Below, one piece after another: positions 28,452 to 33,726 of a DNA stretch of 33,726 nucleotides (within the stretch, counting starts at the first letter, position 1; every line of letters begins with the position of its first letter). Source of the DNA: Candidatus Heimdallarchaeota archaeon (GTDB taxonomy: Archaea; Asgardarchaeota; Heimdallarchaeia; Heimdallarchaeales; Heimdallarchaeaceae); contig JAAFKI010000069.1 of NCBI GenBank assembly GCA_021399345.1, positions 1 through 33,726 on the forward strand, given 5' to 3'. The translations under genes and the position numbers were made by a program. Under the pieces are notes generated by a model, which made no database searches, had not been told where the DNA came from, and saw only the letters and a program-made list of their open reading frames with translations.

Positions 28452-29291
28452 TTATCCCAAATCAAGAAAGAATTTATGAGCCGAAGTAACGAGGTTTTCT
28501 CTTTGCCTCAGTTTTAGTATTTCTGTTTCAAATTTCTTTAAAATTAATTCTTTTGTTCTTTTACTTATTAACCAGTTGAGATTCTCATAGAAATGTTCAA
28601 CCAATACTAACTGCTTCGGATTAGCTGGTTCTAAGTTTAATGCATTAACACTTGTTTGTGCTTGAAGAAGCTTTTTTGTATTTTGTAGTTCTTTTGATAA
28701 GGTATCAAAATTTAGGATGTAACTTGTGATTCTTCTTACTTGTTCCCATAAGAAGGAATTCGCTAGAAATTCAAGGATAATTCTATTTTCTTGCTCGATT
28801 ACTGTTAGTTTATCAAGTTTTCTAGTCGTTTTTCTATGATCCTTCTTGCAAAATAAACTAAAATTATGTTCTCCTCTAAACAAAGAACTGACAGCTTTGA
28901 TTTTAGCAACTGTCATGGAAGAGTTCGATTCTAAAAACTCCTTAGAGATGATATACCAGTATTTTTTCCACATACTGTATTTTGGAGAAAAATCCATTTC
29001 AACTTCAGAATACCCCCAACAAGCAATTGTTTTGTCTCTTGGTAAAACAGAATTTAATTCTTCTAAAATTATGTTTCTTTCGCTATTAAATGAAAAAACA
29101 TTGCCTATAGCATTAACATATTTGTCTGTCCTACTTGCACTTCTAAAATTGCTTTCTTCTGGTGAATCTATGTATTTTATTTCTTCTAATGCTTGGATAA
29201 TGGTTCCTTCTATGGTCCTTTTTTCAAGTTGCCTCTGATAACCATAATATCCTTTACCTTCGTAAAATACACGTACAGCATATCTCTTCAT
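28452..29291 (-). CDS. truA: tRNA pseudouridine(38-40) synthase
   Basis: YEGKGYYGYQRQ, ASRTDKYVNA, GEHNFSLF, SFLWEQVRRI. Confidence 0.93.
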   Translation of the reverse strand: MKRYAVRVFYEGKGYYGYQRQLEKRTIEGTIIQALEEIKYIDSPEESNFRSASRTDKYVNAIGNVFSFNSERNIILEELNSVLPRDKTIACWGYSEVEMDFSPKYSMWKKYWYIISKEFLESNSSMTVAKIKAVSSLFRGEHNFSLFCKKDHRKTTRKLDKLTVIEQENRIILEFLANSFLWEQVRRITSYILNFDTLSKELQNTKKLLQAQTSVNALNLEPANPKQLVLVEHFYENLNWLISKRTKELILKKFETEILKLRQRENLVTSAHKFFLDLG

Positions 29292-29379
29292 TTCTCATGA
29301 AGCCCTAATTAATTGCAATTAAAAACCTAGTGTATTAAGAAGAAAAATTAAAAAGCATAATGATTTTCAGTATATTACG

Positions 29380-29457
29380 GCCTCGATGGTGTAGCTTGGC
29401 CAATCATTGCGGACTCTCACTCCGCAGACCCGGGTTCAAATCCCGGTCGAGGCACCA
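29380..29457 (+). tRNA. tRNA-Glu(CTC), intronless, CCA encoded
   Basis: GCCTCGA/TCGAGGC acceptor, anticodon arm GCGGA-CTCTCAC-TCCGC, T-arm CCGGG-TTCAAAT-CCCGG. Confidence 0.96.
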
Positions 29458-29465
29458 ACAATTTT

Positions 29466-29765
29466 TTAGTTCTCTCCCCATATTTTGAATAATTGTTTCA
29501 AAGAATGAGCCAAGATATTATTATCTTTGAATTGATATATTAAGATTCTACCAAATCTCTTTTCCTTTATCAACCCTACATCTGTTAGAAATTTTAAATG
29601 TCCTTTTACTGCAGAATGATTGAGATTTATACTTCGTGATATCGCAGAAATGTTTAATTCCCCTAATTCAGCTAATAACTTTAGAATTCTTACCCTTCCT
29701 CTTGAGGAGAAAACATCTTCTAATGGTATTTTAAGCTGTATCTCTCTATCGCTTTCCTTTGTCAT
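29466..29765 (-). CDS. ArsR-type winged-helix protein, co-transcribed with cdc6
   Basis: FSSRGRVRILKLL..GELNISAISR..HLKFL..VGLIKEKRFGR; lies 9 bp after the cdc6 stop. Confidence 0.85.
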   Translation of the reverse strand: MTKESDREIQLKIPLEDVFSSRGRVRILKLLAELGELNISAISRSINLNHSAVKGHLKFLTDVGLIKEKRFGRILIYQFKDNNILAHSLKQLFKIWGEN

Positions 29766-29774
29766 TGTTTTCCC

Positions 29775-30998
29775 CTATTTTTCAGCATGTTCTACTGTTT
29801 TCTTTTGATTTTCGATTGACTTCATCAGAAAGAGTTCTATGGTTTCTACTGATATATCTGGTATGCTGATTAGTGTAGTTTTACCACGCATTCCTTCCCC
29901 TGAGATTTTTGTACTGATAACATCTTGTTTTGATAATTCTTTCAGATATGACCAGATTTGGGTATGCCGTCTAGGTTCCTCTTCATATTCCTCACAAACT
30001 AATCTATAAGAGCTAATTGCATCATTTGTTGAAATATATGCGTTTTTTGTGTGTTTTAGTTTTCTTATAATTGCAAGCAGTATCAATTTCTGATGCAGGG
30101 TTAATGTTAAAATTACTTCTCTTCTTATTTCTGGGTGAATCAAAGCTTTTGCTTTTCTTACATGATCAGGATAAACTATGGGAGAACTCTCGTCGTCAGC
30201 GCATTGTCCTGCCCCCCAAAGCATTTCTATTGCATATCGTGCATCTCCTGATTTACTTGATATATCTGCAATAAGTTCAACGGAGTCTTCGGTTATGGTA
30301 CTATCATAGAAGGCTAACTCTGATCGAGATTTAATAATGTCTTTTAAATCAGTTTCAGAGTATCGATCCAAGGAAATATGATTAGATTGAAAACTGCTTT
30401 GAGTACTTGCATCCAGTTGATGGATAAAATTCAGGTTTCTTGCTATAAAAATATATGAGATCCATTGTTTAGTTGTCATTTCACTAATTCTAAGTAGTGT
30501 GTAAAGGAAATCTGTACCTACTCTAGATATAAGGTAATCAATCTCATCTAAAACTAACAAAACCTTTGGGGAATAAAAATCAAGTAATCTAATGAGAAGT
30601 GATTGTAATTCTTCAAAGGAGTAACCTCTAGGTGGAATAGCCTTATTTAGTTTTCTTGCAAGAGTACTAATAATGAGATAAGGACTTTTGTAAATTCTAC
30701 AATTAATGTAGACAAGCAAAAAATTCTTGTTTTTATCTATATTTTCCAAAAGCTGACCAAACCGTTTAGCGAGAGTTGTTTTTCCAGATCCTGTTGGTCC
30801 AGTTATGCAAATTTTTCTCAATGGTTCATCTTGTTCTTCGAAAATTGTTTTGAAGTATTTAGCCAAAGTCCTGAGTTCTTCCTCCCTGTGTGGAAGATAT
30901 GGAGGGGTATATGTAACAGACAAACAACCAATGTTTTTGAAGACAGTTGGTTTTTTGATTAGCGAATTAAAATATTCTTCATCTGATGAGTGCATCAT
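29775..30998 (-). CDS. cdc6: Orc1/Cdc6 replication initiator
   Basis: YTPPYLPHREEE, GPTGSGKT, YINCR, LVLDEID, SGDARYAI, C-terminal winged helix with GMRGKTT wing. Confidence 0.96.
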   Translation of the reverse strand: MMHSSDEEYFNSLIKKPTVFKNIGCLSVTYTPPYLPHREEELRTLAKYFKTIFEEQDEPLRKICITGPTGSGKTTLAKRFGQLLENIDKNKNFLLVYINCRIYKSPYLIISTLARKLNKAIPPRGYSFEELQSLLIRLLDFYSPKVLLVLDEIDYLISRVGTDFLYTLLRISEMTTKQWISYIFIARNLNFIHQLDASTQSSFQSNHISLDRYSETDLKDIIKSRSELAFYDSTITEDSVELIADISSKSGDARYAIEMLWGAGQCADDESSPIVYPDHVRKAKALIHPEIRREVILTLTLHQKLILLAIIRKLKHTKNAYISTNDAISSYRLVCEEYEEEPRRHTQIWSYLKELSKQDVISTKISGEGMRGKTTLISIPDISVETIELFLMKSIENQKKTVEHAEK

Positions 30999-31198
30999 AT
31001 CGTCTCTAAGATAGTCAAGGGAATTTACTATTTATACTTAATAGAGAGACATCTCTGAAAGTGAACTTTCTTCGAAAAACCTTCTTCTTCCTATACGGGG
31101 TTTTGTTTTGTTTAAAATACAGTTTTAGAAACAAAGCCAAAATCAGAAATATCTGTAAGTGTTGAATGTAAAAAACTAAATCATTTCTGTTTTTTACC

Positions 31199-31271
31199 TG
31201 TCAGTCTTTTCTTCTTGTGCTTATGTATGTTTTTTCTTGTAATATTATAGTGCTTTACAAAGAGTTGAAAC
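31199..31271 (+). promoter_or_regulatory. Upstream element of pepA (TGTCA ... TATA-like ... AAGAGTTGAAAC)
   Basis: TGTCAG begins 73 nt before the ATG; TTATGTAT begins 22 nt after the motif start; same spacing as the other copies. Confidence 0.5.
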
Positions 31272-31343
31272 ATGATGTACGAACTAAAATATGATCCCGA
31301 CGAAGGAGATGGGGATATTATGCCTCCTGTATGGCTTCCTTAA
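31272..31343 (+). CDS. Small peptide pepA, MMYELKYDPDEGDGDIMPPVWLP (23 aa)
   Basis: Read from the sequence; member of the four-copy peptide family; pyrimidine/T-rich tract follows. Confidence 0.82.
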   Translation: MMYELKYDPDEGDGDIMPPVWLP

Positions 31344-31374
31344 CTGTTAGGTTTTCTTCTTCCTTTCCCTTTTT

Positions 31375-31446
31375 TGTCACATTTTTCTTTTGGGTGTTTT
31401 AATAGCTTCATTCTACTATTAGAGTAACCTTTCCAAGAGTTGAAAC
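31375..31446 (+). promoter_or_regulatory. Upstream element of pepB
   Basis: 64/72 nt identical to 33349-33420 (counted by eye); contains TGTCAC and TTTTAATA. Confidence 0.65.
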
Positions 31447-31521
31447 ATGATGTACGAACTAAAATATGATCCCGACGAAGGAGACGATGGAGTTTTACCT
31501 CCCGCCTGGTCCCCAGGATAA
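31447..31521 (+). CDS. Small peptide pepB, MMYELKYDPDEGDDGVLPPAWSPG (24 aa)
   Basis: Read from the sequence; family member; followed by TTCTTTTTTATTTTT. Confidence 0.82.
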   Translation: MMYELKYDPDEGDDGVLPPAWSPG

Positions 31522-31599
31522 TTCTCCTTCTTTTTTATTTTTATTTACTTCCTATTGGATTTCTCTAGTTTATATATCAATTTAAGGATTAGATTCTGA

Positions 31600-33186
31600 G
31601 TGAGTGATATGGTATTCGATAGTTTTGTAGAAGAACTAAATAATATTAATACTTCTGATGCTTTTTATAATTTCATAAACAAAATCCGTCCTATTTGTGC
31701 AAATGAAAAATCCTCTCGCATTAATCTCTTAATAGATGATTCAATCAAAAAAAGTGAAAGCTTCAGAGACACAAGAATTCTAGTAGATTTATATGATTTG
31801 AAAATCAGACAACTATATTCTTCTATGGTCAATCTTCCTGAAATTCTTGAGATTCACTCAACTATGCGGCTTTTATGTGAAAAATTAGAATATGATCAAG
31901 GATTAGCTTTGGTATTCCAGTTAGCATGGCACATAGAAAAACTTGGAGGAAATATAGATATAAGTTCCAAGAATATTAGCCAAGCAATTAACATTGTAAA
32001 AAATTCTTCTTCTATAGATGACTATACAAAATATTTTTGTTTATACTCCTATGCGATAGAAAAATGGTTAAAAAATCACAGCTTATCCAGTTCAGATATT
32101 CTTGAGGAATGTGTTTCCTACTTTTATTCTAACAACTACTATCATGGATTGGCAATGTCTTTGGGTGTTCTAATCATAATCTATCAACAAACACAAAACA
32201 AAGCAAAAGCAATGAAATTAACTCAAAAGATTCTTAGTGATAGAGTCCTTTTAACCAAATTACCTAAAGATATTAAATCTATCATTCACTTTTTTGTAGG
32301 TTTCACTCACGCATTAAGTTTCAATCTTGATAAAGCAGAAAACCACCTATTAGAGTGTCAAAGTATTTTGAAACCAATTTACAATTCGAGCATTTACTCC
32401 AGTTACTACTTAACTTCTCTCTCATATTTAACTTCAACTTATGCACTTCAAGGAAAGCTAGAATTAGCTCTTAAAACAATGAAAGAAGTAGATGGATTAA
32501 TAGAAAAAGGAATTGCTACAGTAAATCTAGATTCTTTCAACAAAGAACAAATGAAACATATTTTCAATTTAACGAAGTTTTACATACATTCGAGATTACA
32601 AAACTTTCAAATTGAAGATTTACAGGAATTAGCGCAAAAAATTATTGAAAATGTTGACAAATACCAAAGTAATGCAATGTTTTTTAGTGAATTTCTCTTG
32701 AATTCTAAACTTACTAAAGATCAGTTAGTGAAAATAAGGAATTTGAACAATCCCAGCACTGAAAGAGTTGAACACATCATTAGTTTTCTAATTGAAAGAT
32801 CAATTCATTCGGATGAACAACAGATTATGAACCACATATCTACACTAAAAAGGAGACCTGTTGAGAAGAGAATGACTTTTTCAGAGAAAGCTTTTGCTGA
32901 TTTACTAGCGGCTCAAGAATATTACAAAATCAACCGTTTTGCGGAAATCTATCCGTTATTGAAGAAGTATGAAAAACAACTTCATAAGATAGAAGTTCTT
33001 GAAATGCGTGTTTTCATGGAAGCCTTTATTCAAGTTGCTGCTTACAAGAATGGAGATCCATTGGGACCTGCTTTACAATACATGGCAATAAAGAAATGCA
33101 GACAGTATGGATTTAGTAGACTGGAGGATAAATTGTCAGATTATCTAACAATGCAAGGAAACGATACAATTAGAATGATACCGTAA
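31600..33186 (+). CDS. All-helical TPR-like protein (528 aa), paralog of 1150..2832; candidate peptide-binding protein
   Basis: CANEKSS; TPR-like HFFVGFTHALSFNLDKAENHLLEC and YLTSTYALQGKLELALKTM. Own TATA TTTATATA at ~31569. Start is GTG 31600 or ATG 31609. Confidence 0.78.
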   Translation: MSDMVFDSFVEELNNINTSDAFYNFINKIRPICANEKSSRINLLIDDSIKKSESFRDTRILVDLYDLKIRQLYSSMVNLPEILEIHSTMRLLCEKLEYDQGLALVFQLAWHIEKLGGNIDISSKNISQAINIVKNSSSIDDYTKYFCLYSYAIEKWLKNHSLSSSDILEECVSYFYSNNYYHGLAMSLGVLIIIYQQTQNKAKAMKLTQKILSDRVLLTKLPKDIKSIIHFFVGFTHALSFNLDKAENHLLECQSILKPIYNSSIYSSYYLTSLSYLTSTYALQGKLELALKTMKEVDGLIEKGIATVNLDSFNKEQMKHIFNLTKFYIHSRLQNFQIEDLQELAQKIIENVDKYQSNAMFFSEFLLNSKLTKDQLVKIRNLNNPSTERVEHIISFLIERSIHSDEQQIMNHISTLKRRPVEKRMTFSEKAFADLLAAQEYYKINRFAEIYPLLKKYEKQLHKIEVLEMRVFMEAFIQVAAYKNGDPLGPALQYMAIKKCRQYGFSRLEDKLSDYLTMQGNDTIRMIP

Positions 33187-33348
33187 ATAATCCAATTATT
33201 CCGCTTTTTTTAGAAGTTTATCGAGCGCTCTAAACAAGCATAATTTATCTTACCACACAAAAAATAGTTTACGTGGTAAGATTTTCCAAACGTATTTTCG
33301 TCGCTGGTTTGGCTTTAAAGAGAGATTGGAACGCTTTCCTTCTTTTTT

Positions 33349-33420
33349 TGTCATCTTTTTCTTTTGGGTTTTTTAATAGTTTCGTTCTACTTTTAGAGTA
33401 ACTTTTCCAAGAGTTGAAAA
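33349..33420 (+). promoter_or_regulatory. Upstream element of pepC
   Basis: Near-identical to 31375-31446. Confidence 0.65.
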
Positions 33421-33489
33421 ATGATGTACGAACAAAAATATGATCCAGGCAATGATGATGATTTGCCCCCTGGTTGGTTCCCAAACTAA
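33421..33489 (+). CDS. Small peptide pepC, MMYEQKYDPGNDDDLPPGWFPN (22 aa)
   Basis: Read from the sequence; family member with synonymous codon differences versus pepB; T-rich tract follows. Confidence 0.82.
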   Translation: MMYEQKYDPGNDDDLPPGWFPN

Positions 33490-33643
33490 TCAAATCCTCG
33501 TTTCTTTTTTCTTTCATTATCCCGATGGTTTGAAATCAAGAAGAGATTAGAATTGTTCCTTCTTGTTTTTTGATATTTCCTGTTCTAAAAATCATATGCC
33601 GATAAAGTTAAAAATCAGTAGGTTGGGTCTAATACATACTTAG

Positions 33644-33726
33644 GCGGAGATTGCCGAGTGGTCAAAGGCGCTAGAATGAGGATCTAGTCCTTAGTGGTCC
33701 GGGAGTTCGAATCTCCCTCTCCGCAC
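33644..33726 (+). tRNA. tRNA-Leu(GAG); CCA cut by the window end
   Basis: GCGGAGA/TCTCCGC acceptor with A73, anticodon arm CTAGA-ATGAGGA-TCTAG, variable arm, T-arm GGGAG-TTCGAAT-CTCCC. Confidence 0.93.

Larger units (their letters stand above)
31260..31484 (+). repeat. 50-bp exact direct repeat (31260-31309 and 31435-31484) covering the pepA/pepB 5' halves
   Basis: AAGAGTTGAAACATGATGTACGAACTAAAATATGATCCCGACGAAGGAGA occurs twice, 175 bp apart. Confidence 0.95.

Noticed and set aside
2502-31014. Short ORFs overlapping real genes (2502, 3211, 6279, 6526, 15770, 21998, 24017, 24883, 25124, 27521, 28846, 29620, 30071, 30805)
   Set aside because: All lie antisense to confidently identified CDSs; they are shadow frames.
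31255-31446. TTCCAAGAGTTGAAAC / TTACAAAGAGTTGAAAC as ORB origin boxes
   Set aside because: They partly match mini-ORB and are near cdc6. However, the TTCCA-GAAAC spacing is 6 rather than 3, there is no G-string, all copies are in one orientation and each directly precedes a peptide ATG. They are better explained as 5' UTRs, though a dual role is not excluded.
31255-33430. Repeats ending GTTGAAAC as a CRISPR array
   Set aside because: They resemble a CRISPR repeat 3' end, but there are only three copies, spaced 175 bp and ~2 kb apart. Identity continues into coding sequence, there is no repeat-spacer periodicity and no cas genes are present.
33269-33517. 82-aa minus-strand ORF
   Set aside because: Antisense shadow of pepC and its T-rich promoter; Lys-rich by composition with no recognisable motifs.
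31200-33726. Integrated mobile element at tRNA-Leu
   Set aside because: No integrase or transposase and no duplicated tRNA fragment; the module lies on the tRNA's 5' side.

Overview
AT-rich archaeal chromosomal window, most likely from an Asgard archaeon, possibly Heimdallarchaeia. This placement is inferred from the archaeal 16S/informational genes plus eukaryote-signature-like genes (Rab-like GTPase, roadblock protein, OSTC/DC2-like protein). Housekeeping content: the 5' end of 16S rRNA, rpl1-rplP0-rpl12, radB-like, nadE, RPA, a divergent TFB, rfcS, truA, orc1/cdc6, three tRNAs (Thr-GGT, Glu-CTC, Leu-GAG) and a type II/IV secretion ATPase with two TadB/C-like platform genes. The main hidden signal is a family of four unannotated 22-24 aa peptide genes with consensus MM-x4-YDP-acidic-(I/L/M)PP-x-(W/Y)-x-P. 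Each has a shared TGTCA...TATA-like upstream architecture and a T-rich terminator. They occur only next to two paralogous ~530-560 aa all-helical TPR-like genes about 29 kb apart, suggesting a peptide/TPR-receptor (RRNPP-like or RiPP-like) module. Other notable items: a KaiC-roadblock-FIST-Rab-like GTPase-Zn-protein signalling operon, an unannotated 36-aa OST4-like membrane micro-protein, and a kink-turn-like hairpin in the rpl1 leader. All family assignments come from motif recognition by eye; no searches were run.
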